Part shown: piece by piece, positions 36,147 through 46,310 of the stretch
Layout: every line of letters starts with the position of its first letter
Numbering within the stretch: the stretch's first letter is position 1
Program-made: the position numbers and the translations under genes
The notes under the pieces: generated by a model
What the model was told of the DNA's origin: nothing
Databases searched by the model: none
The model's input: only the letters and a program-made list of their open reading frames with translations
Origin: a virus
Strand: one strand, 5' to 3'
Virus record (IMG/VR): IMGVR_UViG_3300027518_000005
Length of the DNA stretch: 64,000 nucleotides

Positions 36147-37484
36147 TTAAGAAACAAGTTCGGCTTGAACCACTTGTGGTAACGCAACAACTTCACCTGC
36201 TACGAGCAAGTCTTGGTTGAGCATTTCCAACGCATAGAGCGTGGAGAAACCTTGGTTCATACCACCGTCAGCATAACCGAGTAATTGTGTCGGAACGACA
36301 GCCATATACGGAGCATAGACAGCAGCACTGGACATCATGTCATCACCGTTGACACCGAGCACGAATTTACCGGCACCGATGTTAGGAGTGACGAAGACTT
36401 TAAGACCATTTAAGGTACCAGCTAAGTAAGGACCATTAATCTTGCCAGCAGGGGCAGCTTTGAATCCTTTAATGAATGACAAGATTGGGAGGATGTTACT
36501 TGCAATTAACATATAGTTAGGAGCAAATCTCTTTGTTTTGTCATAAATCAATTGACGACCAATTTCGATGATTTCCACAAATCCTTCAAAGTGTTCAGCT
36601 TTTGAAACACCAGTTGGGACTGTCTTGTTAAAGGTTAACAAGGAAGAAACTTCGGCTTGGGCAATGAGTAAGTCAGTAATTTCCGTGTCGATTTCATAAG
36701 CCAATTGGCCAACAGCTTTTTCAGCTAATTGGTCACCTAAGTCGAAACCATAGTCAGTCTTGGCTTGGAACGCAGCGATTTGCGAGTAGTACACCGCAAC
36801 ACGACGTGCTTTAGCAACAAGAGCGATAGATTCGATTTTGGCATTGACCGTTGGTAATGCAACTTGAGGAATCACTTCGTTGTTATACATATAGGCAATT
36901 TTACCAGTGGAAGGCACTAACACTTTACCATCAGTGACGGTTAAGTAAGAAATAGGCGAACCAGCAGCAGGAATAAACTTGACAGTTTGGCCAGGACCGA
37001 ATGCGTTAGCAATAACAGGTGTCCAGGCTAAGGTAACTTCAAGACCTTCAGAATCTTCAACAGTGACTGGTTCAACAATCGCAGACGATGTCCAGTTTTT
37101 GTCAACAGCACCTAATTTGAAAGGTTCGTTGAAGACATCACCTTGTTGTGTTTCACCTTTTGTCGTACCAGAGGTATACTTCACATAAGTGATGAACCCG
37201 CTGATAGAAGCCATCGGTTGAACGATAACTAAATCCATTGCGATGAGGTTAGGCAAGGCAACAGTTGTAAGATTGAGCGTAAACTTTTTAAATTCTCCTA
37301 AGTCAGCACGTTGGGTACCAACGGAGCTAGCGAATGCTTCGTTCAAAAAGCGATTGGTGTTATTTAAGACCATAGCAACAGCCATCTTACGATGATTGTC
37401 TAAAGTCGCACCTTCATGAGCTTTTGCGAAGACAGATTCACTAACCGCTAAGCGTTTGGAGTATGTTTCTAATAAACTAGCCAT
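36147..37484 (-). CDS. Major capsid protein (T4 gp23-like)
   Basis: PNLIA.DLV.VQPM....G.I.Y, AKAR, QLAYEID.EI, G.LNG.KV.V.P and YAPY motifs. FLNE|A is a maturation-type site. Confidence 0.95.
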   Translation of the reverse strand: MASLLETYSKRLAVSESVFAKAHEGATLDNHRKMAVAMVLNNTNRFLNEAFASSVGTQRADLGEFKKFTLNLTTVALPNLIAMDLVIVQPMASISGFITYVKYTSGTTKGETQQGDVFNEPFKLGAVDKNWTSSAIVEPVTVEDSEGLEVTLAWTPVIANAFGPGQTVKFIPAAGSPISYLTVTDGKVLVPSTGKIAYMYNNEVIPQVALPTVNAKIESIALVAKARRVAVYYSQIAAFQAKTDYGFDLGDQLAEKAVGQLAYEIDTEITDLLIAQAEVSSLLTFNKTVPTGVSKAEHFEGFVEIIEIGRQLIYDKTKRFAPNYMLIASNILPILSFIKGFKAAPAGKINGPYLAGTLNGLKVFVTPNIGAGKFVLGVNGDDMMSSAAVYAPYMAVVPTQLLGYADGGMNQGFSTLYALEMLNQDLLVAGEVVALPQVVQAELVS

Positions 37485-37523
37485 ACGATTATAAATCTCC
37501 TTGATTTAATATATTTGATTTTT

Positions 37524-39095
37524 TTACTTATTAATTCCTGCTAAGTTCAGTAATGAAGAATCCACGTCATCGTCGACGACTTTGTCAACTGGTAGGTTCT
37601 CGTTCTTGGACTCACGGACTTTAACTTTGACTTTTCTGTCAATGCTGAATGGCAACTTGCTTATGTTCAGCTCATAAGATTGTAGTTCTTCACAGATGGA
37701 ATCGATATCTTCGATAGTATATGACTCTGGCAATCTGTTCTTGATTTCCTCTTCTTTAACCCCTAACATTTCTGCTTTGGATTTAATATAGTGTGAAACA
37801 GTTTCGTTAGCCAGCTTCTTATAGCTTTCTTTTAAATTCTCGAGTCTTTCAATTTTTTTAACACCTTCTTTTTCTTTCGATTCAGCAGATGTTTTCAAAG
37901 CTTTAATGCTTTCGTTTAGCTTAACTATTTCAGCTTCGTGTGCAGCCTTTTGCTTTGTCAAACTTTCATTTAACTTGGCAATCTCACCATCTTTAGAAGC
38001 AACAGCTTCTGTAAGGGCTTGAGCAGGTTTTGTATCAACCTTGGTAGCTTCTACTAATCTAGAAAGTCTTTGTTTCTGAGCAGTAATAGCTTCATCTTTT
38101 CTCTTTAGTTCTTCTTCTAAAGTTGAAACTTTATCTTGCAATTTCTTCTTTTCAGCAACTGTAGATGAGAGTCTCGCTATGGCATCTTTGTATTTGCCAA
38201 GCTCTTCACTAACCTTACCAACCTTAATATCATTAACTGCCAGTTGTTCTTGAAGTGACTTCACTTGTGCTTCTAGACTTACTTTTGCCTTTAGGGCTTC
38301 TTGCAAACTCTTGATTAGTTCATCAGACCCACTAACAGTGGCTTCTTCTTTCTTCTCAACAGCTTGTTGAGGGGTTTTAATTCCCTCTTCTACTTTAGCG
38401 GCTATATTCTCATCCTTTTCAGGAGTAGAACCAACTTTGGGTTGCTCAACTTCGATATTGAGCTCTTTTAAGGTATTTTCCATAACCTTTCTTTCTTCAG
38501 CAGTAGCTTTTTCTAAGGATTCATTGAGAGCCATTTTAAGGTCTTTCTTTCCTGAATCAAGCGACTCTGTTACATATTGTAATCTAGCGGTTTCCACAGC
38601 GGGGATTAATACAACGTCCCAGCATTCAAACTCATATGTATTGGGGTCAACCATCTCATTACCATTCTTATCTTCTATAACGTCTCCAGTACCTCTGGAA
38701 CTGATACCAATCGTGGAACCGTAATCACAAAGAGTTTTTAAGATTCTACCGTTAGGAGTGTCTAAGATATCAAAGTAAGCTACTAGTTGTCCTTTATCGT
38801 TTTTCTTTGGGGCTTCTCTTAATGAAACAGCAATTTTTGTCATGTCTGTTTCTGTTCTATCGGTTGGATGTCCTAATTCACCAAAGCACACACCGTTTTT
38901 AATCTTTTCTTGAATGAGTGGGTCTTTAAAGACATTTTCCCATAATTCTTCTGTATACTTTCTACCATTACGAGTAGGATTAATAAAGTCAGCACAAGGG
39001 CCAACTAAACGACCCAAAATACCTTTCTTAGCCATTTCTTCTGGCGTAAGTTTTTGATATTGGAATGTTTCGTTCTTTTTTAAACTTTCTATCAT
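37524..39095 (-). CDS. Prohead protease (T4 gp21-like) fused to a coiled-coil scaffold
   Basis: TRNGRKY, FGELGHP, DILDTPNG.IL, GISSRG.G and WDVV..PA in the N-terminal ~180 aa, then a long coiled coil with repeated LxE|S/A. Confidence 0.9.
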   Translation of the reverse strand: MIESLKKNETFQYQKLTPEEMAKKGILGRLVGPCADFINPTRNGRKYTEELWENVFKDPLIQEKIKNGVCFGELGHPTDRTETDMTKIAVSLREAPKKNDKGQLVAYFDILDTPNGRILKTLCDYGSTIGISSRGTGDVIEDKNGNEMVDPNTYEFECWDVVLIPAVETARLQYVTESLDSGKKDLKMALNESLEKATAEERKVMENTLKELNIEVEQPKVGSTPEKDENIAAKVEEGIKTPQQAVEKKEEATVSGSDELIKSLQEALKAKVSLEAQVKSLQEQLAVNDIKVGKVSEELGKYKDAIARLSSTVAEKKKLQDKVSTLEEELKRKDEAITAQKQRLSRLVEATKVDTKPAQALTEAVASKDGEIAKLNESLTKQKAAHEAEIVKLNESIKALKTSAESKEKEGVKKIERLENLKESYKKLANETVSHYIKSKAEMLGVKEEEIKNRLPESYTIEDIDSICEELQSYELNISKLPFSIDRKVKVKVRESKNENLPVDKVVDDDVDSSLLNLAGINK

Positions 39096-39154
39096 TTATT
39101 TATCCCTCTTTTAGTTTTTTGTAAGTAAAATAAACATCTTTTCTATTCTTCAAC

Positions 39155-39163
39155 TAATTTAGC
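39155..39163 (-). promoter_or_regulatory. GCTAAATTA motif (before the protease/MCP operon)
   Basis: Exact intergenic copy. Confidence 0.7.
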
Positions 39164-39235
39164 ATGCAAAAATCACGAAATATTGGTTTTTTAGTGTTTT
39201 AGATGTAGCTTTAACTAATTGTGTCTTTTTCATTA

Positions 39236-40795
39236 CTATATTTTATCTACGTATTTAATTCTTTCCTTTAAAAACTCTAAATCGCTTGGATAGCATTTAA
39301 TCTTATGTTTTGGAGTAAATATGGTAACTTTTTCACATCCTTCAAAGGCTCTAACACCAATTGAGGTAACTACTTCAGGAACATAGATTTCTTCCATATT
39401 TGAGCAACCTTTGAAAGCAAATCCTGGGATTTCAGCTTTATTATAATCAGGAACAAATCTAACAATCTTAATAATTGGAGCGAATGAGGCTTTAACTCTA
39501 CCACCAGCATACATGTAAGGTTCACCTTTGGCTAATCTTTCCATGTTTTCCACATCAGTGATAGCATCCACGTTCTTTAATTCAGAAGCTTTGAGTGCTG
39601 GTAATAACCCTTCTTGGTGGATAAAGGTAGCAAACTCAATACTTGGTCTATCATCAGCATCCATGAAGGTTGTAACTTCAATACCATTCTTAACGTGGGC
39701 TTGGAACTTCTTTGTAACATCACCAGATTTAGGATAGAATATGTAAAGCTTACCTGACTTGGTATAGCTGTCATAGTAACCTTGATAAGAAGTTGAGGCT
39801 GTGCACCAACGGGTACCTGAACCTAACTTGCAACTTGCTGCATAAGTCTTTGGTGACCAAATTTCCCATTTGTCATTTTCACCAATGAATTCTGCTTCTT
39901 CTCCAAGGTCAGCGTGTTGTTTAGCTTTTCTTGCTTGTTTTGCAACTTGGTTAGCTGTTAATTGGATATTATCCAAAGCCGTACGAATTTCATCAATTGT
40001 TTTATATCTATTAATGTCTCTCATTTCGGGTGGATTAATAAAACGTTTTCTATCGTTAAAGTCAAAGAGGATTTCATTAACTCTTCCTAAATCAGCTCCC
40101 TTTAATCTTTTTTGTTTAAAGGTGTTAAGAATCCACTTACCGTAAGTACCAAGCTTATCTTGGTCTGCTTGGAATGTGGGGTCTAAAGCAATAAGCTTAT
40201 CAAATTGGTCACGTTTAATGTCTGAGTAGTATTGTGCATGAATGTCGTTTAAACCTTCATCTAATAGAACACGTTGGGCCAAACTTTCCATGATACTTTC
40301 GGGCATGTTAGGCAAAGCACCAGCAGGACGTTGACGATTACCAATTCTTCCAGCACCACCGAAATTTGGTAATTGACCACGGTTTCTGCTAATGAATTGT
40401 CTGAAAGCTTCTACATAGTCTTTTTCGTTCATCTTTAATAAAGCATTTAAGGCCAGATTAGAATCCATTCCAATGTCTTTAGCGGCTGTAGCCATTTCTT
40501 TTGTAATTTGTTCAATAGGAGTATCGCCTTTAATTACATCAATGATTTCTTCACCACCAGCAATACGGAGGTCTTTAATGATATCTTCCATAACTGCCTT
40601 TTGGTCTAAGCCGAATTCATCACTGACAGCTTTAGCCAAAGAAGCAATTTTACTAACTATCTTTTGATTTATATCTTCTCCACCTTGAGCTAAAGCAGTT
40701 GTAGCTTTTGGGGCTACTGCCATAGGCTTTTCTTTGACAGCTTCGTCAAAATCAGCAGAGTTCATTAATTTTATTGCTTCTAAGTTTGTTTGCAT
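39236..40795 (-). CDS. Multi-module putative head protein (N-terminal domain, G.GT.WC domain, short BspA LRR)
   Basis: Start moved to ATG 40795 (AGGAG SD). Sites NLE|A, IME|S and LDE|G; motifs ASCKLGSGTRWCT and AFKGCSNMEEIYVPEVVTSIGVRAFEGC. Confidence 0.7.
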   Translation of the reverse strand: MQTNLEAIKLMNSADFDEAVKEKPMAVAPKATTALAQGGEDINQKIVSKIASLAKAVSDEFGLDQKAVMEDIIKDLRIAGGEEIIDVIKGDTPIEQITKEMATAAKDIGMDSNLALNALLKMNEKDYVEAFRQFISRNRGQLPNFGGAGRIGNRQRPAGALPNMPESIMESLAQRVLLDEGLNDIHAQYYSDIKRDQFDKLIALDPTFQADQDKLGTYGKWILNTFKQKRLKGADLGRVNEILFDFNDRKRFINPPEMRDINRYKTIDEIRTALDNIQLTANQVAKQARKAKQHADLGEEAEFIGENDKWEIWSPKTYAASCKLGSGTRWCTASTSYQGYYDSYTKSGKLYIFYPKSGDVTKKFQAHVKNGIEVTTFMDADDRPSIEFATFIHQEGLLPALKASELKNVDAITDVENMERLAKGEPYMYAGGRVKASFAPIIKIVRFVPDYNKAEIPGFAFKGCSNMEEIYVPEVVTSIGVRAFEGCEKVTIFTPKHKIKCYPSDLEFLKERIKYVDKI

Positions 40796-40823
40796 AAAAA
40801 ATCTCCTATTTTTATTATTCATT

Positions 40824-40832
40824 TAATTTAGC
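40824..40832 (-). promoter_or_regulatory. GCTAAATTA motif (before 39236..40795)
   Basis: Exact intergenic copy. Confidence 0.7.
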
Positions 40833-40864
40833 AGTATAAAATGACAATAATTGATGTTTCCAAC

Positions 40865-40892
40865 AAAAAAAGGAACTATGATTAAGTCCCTT
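40865..40892 (-). terminator. Probable Rho-independent terminator
   Basis: AGGAACT...AGTCCCT imperfect stem followed by a T-run on the minus strand. Confidence 0.5.
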
Positions 40893-40908
40893 GATTTTTG
40901 ATTATAAA

Positions 40909-41148
40909 TTACTTAACTAACTTATCGTGAGTTTGTTCAACAACACCCTTGACTTCTTTTAACACATTAACCCAATGGATTAATTGTAATTCAAGCTTTT
41001 CTAATCCGTCGACAATCTTCTTAGCTTGGGGGACTGGAACAACTAATAAAACAGCTTCCAATAAGTCCAAGACTGGGAAGAGTAAGTCAACAAAGAATGC
41101 TAGAATGTGTTTTAAGAACAAGCCAATTCTGTGCAATACTTTTTTCAT
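40909..41148 (-). CDS. Small hydrophobic protein
   Basis: 79 aa with a hydrophobic N-terminal half, an AAGGAG SD and its own promoter motif. Confidence 0.55.
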   Translation of the reverse strand: MKKVLHRIGLFLKHILAFFVDLLFPVLDLLEAVLLVVPVPQAKKIVDGLEKLELQLIHWVNVLKEVKGVVEQTHDKLVK

Positions 41149-41170
41149 ATCTTTTCTCCTTTCTCCTATA

Positions 41171-41179
41171 TAATTTAGC
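41171..41179 (-). promoter_or_regulatory. GCTAAATTA motif (overlaps the stop of the GT gene; before 40909..41148)
   Basis: Exact copy. Confidence 0.65.
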
Positions 41180-41813
41180 CTTTAAAATCCTTGATTATTT
41201 TGCGAGAACGGTCACCCATCTCTTTTTTGACGTATTGACCTTTCCACCAGGTTGAAAACTTATCATTACCACTATCGCTCTTTTCATCTAATCCGTGTCT
41301 TACAAACATGAAGTATTTACTTGGAAACTTCTTTTTACAAGTTTCAACAAAGACCATATCTTCAAATCCCTGACCTTTTTCTGCCTCAATATCTTCATAG
41401 GATACTAATCCCATTAATGTTTTAGGCATCGCAAATAACTTTAACAGAGTTCCTTTAAATATTCCTATTAAACCATTTTTTTCATCTATTTGCTTTAAAT
41501 ACTTATCTGCATCTTCTTTCTTTCCTACTAGTTGACAATCATCATCTAACATGATAATATAATCATAGTTAGACTCTAAGAACTTTTCCCTAAGCTTCTT
41601 TCTTGCCCCTGTTATACCAAGTTTATTATATTCATAAATTACACAGTTTGAAGTGGTTTTAACACTTGAGTCCCAGTTCTGGGCTATAATCATAATAGGA
41701 AGATTAAACAGCTTATCACACTGAACAAGAAGATTTTCAAGTCTATCCTGTCTGGTTTTTCTAGTCCCATCAGACGGTAACCAAGAAATGATTCCTATTA
41801 CCTTTGTAACCAT
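41175..41813 (-). CDS. Glycosyltransferase-like (GT-A) protein, paralog of the N-terminal domain of 32892..34502
   Basis: Shares KVIGIIS, PIM..AQNW, KLGI..ARK.LR..FL.S.Y...I..DDD, E..QGFED.VFV.TCK..FP and STW with that domain. Confidence 0.75.
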   Translation of the reverse strand: MVTKVIGIISWLPSDGTRKTRQDRLENLLVQCDKLFNLPIMIIAQNWDSSVKTTSNCVIYEYNKLGITGARKKLREKFLESNYDYIIMLDDDCQLVGKKEDADKYLKQIDEKNGLIGIFKGTLLKLFAMPKTLMGLVSYEDIEAEKGQGFEDMVFVETCKKKFPSKYFMFVRHGLDEKSDSGNDKFSTWWKGQYVKKEMGDRSRKIIKDFKG

Positions 41814-41815
41814 AC

Positions 41816-42274
41816 TTATTTTTTAATACTCTCAAAAGACTTTAAATCAGCCTTAATTAAAGAACGTAATGCAATCACAGGCTTTAAGTCATAAGTTCTA
41901 TAATAATTATTTAATACCCGTGTAATCTCTTCTGCCCTGCTGTGGGATAAAAACATCTGAGGGCTATTTAAATGTTTGGCAAACAACAAGATTTGTAGGT
42001 TAAGACTTGCAAGGGTTGTTAACATATCTTTAGGGTCTTTAACTTCTTCTCTTACAAGGTTTATGTATAAAGAACTCTTTTTAGCGTTGTAGCTTTTTCT
42101 AATTTGTTCATAGAATTTTGCCACATCTAAAATTCTTTTTCCGTTAATAAACCTTAAAACTTCTAAGGATATTTCACCTTTAGTTGCTAATTGTCTCAAT
42201 TGTTGGGAGGCACCTTCTACACCTTTTTCTTCTAATTCCGTGAGTAATAGAATTAAATCACTTGTTTTAAGCAT
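41816..42274 (-). CDS. Hypothetical helical protein downstream of portal
   Basis: 152 aa, in the operon with portal, AAGGT SD. Confidence 0.55.
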   Translation of the reverse strand: MLKTSDLILLLTELEEKGVEGASQQLRQLATKGEISLEVLRFINGKRILDVAKFYEQIRKSYNAKKSSLYINLVREEVKDPKDMLTTLASLNLQILLFAKHLNSPQMFLSHSRAEEITRVLNNYYRTYDLKPVIALRSLIKADLKSFESIKK

Positions 42275-42296
42275 TGCTATTTACCTTCTCTTTCTT

Positions 42297-44183
42297 TTAT
42301 TTATTTTGTGTTAAGTCTACCCCAAGCTCTTCTGGACTTGGTAAGTATGACTCTTCGCCTTCAGCTGGGGCAATTTCTTCAGGTGCTGGTTCTTCTTCTG
42401 GAGTTTCTTCAGGTGCTGGTTGTTCTTCAGGTGCCGGAGTTTCTACTGGTGTAGATAACTGAGGCTCTGGTTTTTCTTCTTCTGGAGAACCCTCTGTAAC
42501 TCCTGCCTTTTCAAGCTCATCAATTTGTTGTTGTAGTAACTCAATTACACTCACGTCTGTTAATGAGTCAGCAAGGAGTGATTTAAGTATCTTGAGCTTG
42601 ATAACTGGGTTTTGAATTTCACCAAGTTGTTGCATGATATCATTAATGACACCAACCTTGTTTCTCTTATTGTCACGACGGTCTAATTCTTCTTGTGTAA
42701 CAGGGGCTTGCATTCTGATTGTGAATTTGTTAATATATTTAACGAGGCCTCTGTCTAATAACATTAAGTTAATTAAATCTGTGATAGCTTGGCTGAGAGT
42801 ATTTTGAAGTCTCTTGACTGATTTAGCATAACGGCTAGATTGAATAGCAAGTGAGGTACCACCATTGAAACCTGCACCATCATCAGTAATACCAAAGAAA
42901 GCTTTAGGAACACCTAAGGCACCAAACAATTTGTTTTGGAAATAAGAAACGTCTGATAGTTGTTTAGGGTCAAAGTCCCCACCAACAGCAGAAGCAGCTA
43001 TCGCACCAACACCACCGTGAGTAGGAATATAAATGTTATTTTCAATAGGACCTGGGTTAGTATATTCTTGCATCGATTCACCTGTCTTAAGTGCTGTTTT
43101 TTGTTCCATTAAAGATTTAATAGATTGTAAGTGAGCACCAACTTGTTCTTTAGGCATATCACCGACTTCAACAGAAATCATACGAACAACGCTAGATTTT
43201 GTAATACGGTTTAATAAAGCACTGTTTTCGAGTAAAGATAGCTGTCTCCAAATTTTAAAGACACTGGACAGTTCAGATTGTCCACGTTTAACTTTATATG
43301 TATGTACTTTTTTGTCTGACTTACCTTCCATATCATCCTCTAAGAAGATATCAACTTCTTCAGGAGAACGATTAGAACTGTCTTCTAAACACGCATGGAT
43401 AAAGTCCGTAGCAGAATAAACTTCCACGTCTTTCTTCTTCATCTTATATTGCATATAGGAGTAATTCATAAAGTCACGTTTAACTGCTTGAGCTGAAACA
43501 GGGGCTTTGATATAACCCATCGTTTTACCGAACTTGGTCAATTCAAACATTTCACCAGGATTTGGAATAGCTTCAACATAATTAACATAATGGTCATCTT
43601 TATCATGAACAACAATGTTAACAGCCTCTTTTAAAAGCTCATCTTTTTTAATACTTTCTTGTAAAGGTAGGGGTTCTTCCATAGACTCATTAAGAGATTC
43701 TTTTTTGTTTGCAGCCTCTTCACCAAATAAAGCATCTTTTTCATAGTCAGATTGTCTATACAGTCTTAAATACAAATCACCATATTTAGTTAAAGAGTGC
43801 ATCCAAGAGAAAGCATTCTTATCAACGTTCATAGAATCTAAAAGATAGGTAACGTATTTAGCTACTTTAGCATCATCTGATTCACACCAGATAACTCTAC
43901 CGGCATCATTTGTTTCTACCGCATCTTCAGAAATGGTTCTTAAGTAAGATGCTAAGATTGGGTCTTGAGCCATCGTGTCAATCATTTGATAGATTTGTTC
44001 TCTTGTTTGTGCAACAGTGGAAAAACCTTCTAACTTAGAAATATCTACGTTAGAGTTGATTGCTTGACTAACAATATTTGTTGTTAGTGTGTTGTTGGTA
44101 TCAATACCAATTTCTGGTTGTTGAAGGGGCACAGCTGTTATCTGTGTTCCTACCAACGGGTTTTTGTTATTGTTTTCTGCCAT
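42297..44183 (-). CDS. Portal protein (T4 gp20-like)
   Basis: Y..ID.M..DP.L...L....ED, KYGD.Y, GQS.L....K.WRQL.LLE...L.NRI, ..VG.MP, D..YF..KL..AL.VP and RYAK..RLQ motifs. Confidence 0.92.
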   Translation of the reverse strand: MAENNNKNPLVGTQITAVPLQQPEIGIDTNNTLTTNIVSQAINSNVDISKLEGFSTVAQTREQIYQMIDTMAQDPILASYLRTISEDAVETNDAGRVIWCESDDAKVAKYVTYLLDSMNVDKNAFSWMHSLTKYGDLYLRLYRQSDYEKDALFGEEAANKKESLNESMEEPLPLQESIKKDELLKEAVNIVVHDKDDHYVNYVEAIPNPGEMFELTKFGKTMGYIKAPVSAQAVKRDFMNYSYMQYKMKKKDVEVYSATDFIHACLEDSSNRSPEEVDIFLEDDMEGKSDKKVHTYKVKRGQSELSSVFKIWRQLSLLENSALLNRITKSSVVRMISVEVGDMPKEQVGAHLQSIKSLMEQKTALKTGESMQEYTNPGPIENNIYIPTHGGVGAIAASAVGGDFDPKQLSDVSYFQNKLFGALGVPKAFFGITDDGAGFNGGTSLAIQSSRYAKSVKRLQNTLSQAITDLINLMLLDRGLVKYINKFTIRMQAPVTQEELDRRDNKRNKVGVINDIMQQLGEIQNPVIKLKILKSLLADSLTDVSVIELLQQQIDELEKAGVTEGSPEEEKPEPQLSTPVETPAPEEQPAPEETPEEEPAPEEIAPAEGEESYLPSPEELGVDLTQNK

Positions 44184-44227
44184 TTAATATAATCTCCTGT
44201 TCTGTTATATTATTTTTATATATCATA

Positions 44228-44236
44228 TAATTTAGC
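44228..44236 (-). promoter_or_regulatory. GCTAAATTA motif (before portal)
   Basis: Exact intergenic copy. Confidence 0.7.
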
Positions 44237-44249
44237 CATGTTTATTTGC

Positions 44250-46268
44250 CTACCAAATGATAATTCCATCTTTTATCAGAGGCACAGATGATGGCCCTTT
44301 CTTTTGCTGATTACCCTGTGGTGGTGCCACTGGTATGTTTTTATTGAATGTTTTCTTCAATTCCTCCTCAAATTCTACCACAATTTGTTGTTTTAGGGCT
44401 GCATCTGACACCATAATGTTTGTATCTCTTATAGTATCAAGGCTTTCACCCCACTCGAAGGCAAACTGCTCTGCAAGTCTACTAGCGTTATATACTGCCC
44501 CACACAATGCGTCAGCCACGTCCTTCTTACCACCATCTGGGTGGTCTACCTTACCTGTATTGATGTTTCTTTCTAAGTCTATTAATTCTTCTACGAGGTT
44601 CTTAGAATCATACATCTCTATTCTCTTTTCATAGATAGTTGATTTTAGATATTGATACGGTTTAGATATTCTGTCCGTATCCACCTTATCCACAGAGATT
44701 ACCTCATAAGGGAATCCTCTAGCCTTTAAGGTTTGACCTGTATCATAGGATTGATAGGTATCAGAACTAATGCCCTTTATATTAAATCCTTGCTCTTTTA
44801 ACCAGTAGATAAAGTTTCTATTCTTTTCAAAACTTATCTGCCTGCCTTTAGGTGCTTTTATGCTTACGCTGAAGGCTAAGGAGTAGAATAGGTCTTTTGA
44901 CTGGTTCTCTTGGGTTGAGGTCTTCTTGCCTTTAATCCACACTCCAGCAATACCTGTCATGTCACCACTCACAGACATATCTAAATGAACAAACAAAGGC
45001 TTACTTTTCATTTCTGAGGGTATCTTGTTTATATCAAAGAAGTCTTTATATTGAATAGTGTCTTCTGTGGCATTACCAACTTCAAGTATTTCTTTTGTAA
45101 AGGGATTGTTAATGTTTTGTGAAATAACTTCATTAACAGCTACACCACTAATATACTTACTGATTTCACTAGAAGATATACCAGCATAGTCACACATGGC
45201 TCTATCTATGTCATCCATGAAGTTTGCTCTAAAGTCAATAGGGACATCTAGAATCTTATATCCTTTGCTCTTCCAAATCTTTAAGTCATCATTATCAGGT
45301 ATAACAGCAGATTGCAAGAATTTGTTACCTAAAGCCACTTTAAAGGTCTTATCGCTGTAGGTTCCTTTAGGTTTAACATTCCAAACAGGCTCATCAACAA
45401 TCATGACGTTTTCTTGTTCAGACTTAAGCTTTCTCTTCATGTGTTCTTCAAGAAAGGACTTTTCACTTCTTTTGGATGATGCTAAGATAAGAAGGGTGGG
45501 ATTCTTTCCCTTATAAATGAAACGAGTCTTCATACCACCAATAGCAGTATCAATCATATCAATAGCAATTCTTTTTTGTTTATCTATATCTTGATTACGA
45601 ATAAAAGAGATTTCGTCAAAGAAGGCTGCAAAGATAGGCTGACCGATAACATGGCTAGATTGAGAACCAATAATAATATCAACTGGTTCAGGAGGCATCC
45701 AGTATGGTTCATTATTTCTTTGTGACATACTACCACGTTCCATAAACCATGGACTCATTTGAATAGTATGTTGAAACTTACTAATACCGATTTCTTCTGC
45801 CAATATCTTGGTAATGTTCATAAAAGCAAAGCAAATCTTTTCAGTAGGTTTAAGTCTAAAGTGCTGTTGTGGATTCTTCATACACATTACACGATACATC
45901 AAATAGGCCATAATAGCTACCGCAATTTCAGATTTACCAAGACCACGGGCACCACTGATGATTAGGTTATTAACTGCTGTGCTATAACCATCAGGTAATA
46001 GTTCTTTTACTTTGTTATTCCAATAGTCATATAGTTTAACTTTTCCATCAGAGTCATGCCAAGCTTTTCCTAAATAGCGATTATCCAAAATAAAGGTAAT
46101 GATATCAACTGGAGATTCTTTATAATCCTCATCCAAAAGACCTTTAAATATGTCACTTTCCCCTGTTTTAGAGTATTGTTCTAAAATGGAAAGAGCCAAC
46201 TCTCTTTCTTTAGGAGAAAGTCGGCTTAATATTTCATTATCAATAACAGGCTTTTTGTTTTCGCTCAA
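44250..46268 (-). CDS. terL: Terminase large subunit
   Basis: Walker A GARGLGKS, Walker B AAFFDE, nuclease motifs VHLDMS and KVDHP.GGKKDVADA. TTG start with an AGGAG SD, upstream of portal. Confidence 0.93.
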   Translation of the reverse strand: MSENKKPVIDNEILSRLSPKERELALSILEQYSKTGESDIFKGLLDEDYKESPVDIITFILDNRYLGKAWHDSDGKVKLYDYWNNKVKELLPDGYSTAVNNLIISGARGLGKSEIAVAIMAYLMYRVMCMKNPQQHFRLKPTEKICFAFMNITKILAEEIGISKFQHTIQMSPWFMERGSMSQRNNEPYWMPPEPVDIIIGSQSSHVIGQPIFAAFFDEISFIRNQDIDKQKRIAIDMIDTAIGGMKTRFIYKGKNPTLLILASSKRSEKSFLEEHMKRKLKSEQENVMIVDEPVWNVKPKGTYSDKTFKVALGNKFLQSAVIPDNDDLKIWKSKGYKILDVPIDFRANFMDDIDRAMCDYAGISSSEISKYISGVAVNEVISQNINNPFTKEILEVGNATEDTIQYKDFFDINKIPSEMKSKPLFVHLDMSVSGDMTGIAGVWIKGKKTSTQENQSKDLFYSLAFSVSIKAPKGRQISFEKNRNFIYWLKEQGFNIKGISSDTYQSYDTGQTLKARGFPYEVISVDKVDTDRISKPYQYLKSTIYEKRIEMYDSKNLVEELIDLERNINTGKVDHPDGGKKDVADALCGAVYNASRLAEQFAFEWGESLDTIRDTNIMVSDAALKQQIVVEFEEELKKTFNKNIPVAPPQGNQQKKGPSSVPLIKDGIIIW

Positions 46269-46310
46269 GACATTATCTCCTAGCTTCCGTATAGAATTAT
46301 ACTATACAAT

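Noticed and set aside
44250..46268. Intein or intron in terminase, portal or capsid genes
   Set aside because: The motifs are colinear, with no Cys...His-Asn intein ends, homing endonuclease motifs or frame interruptions.
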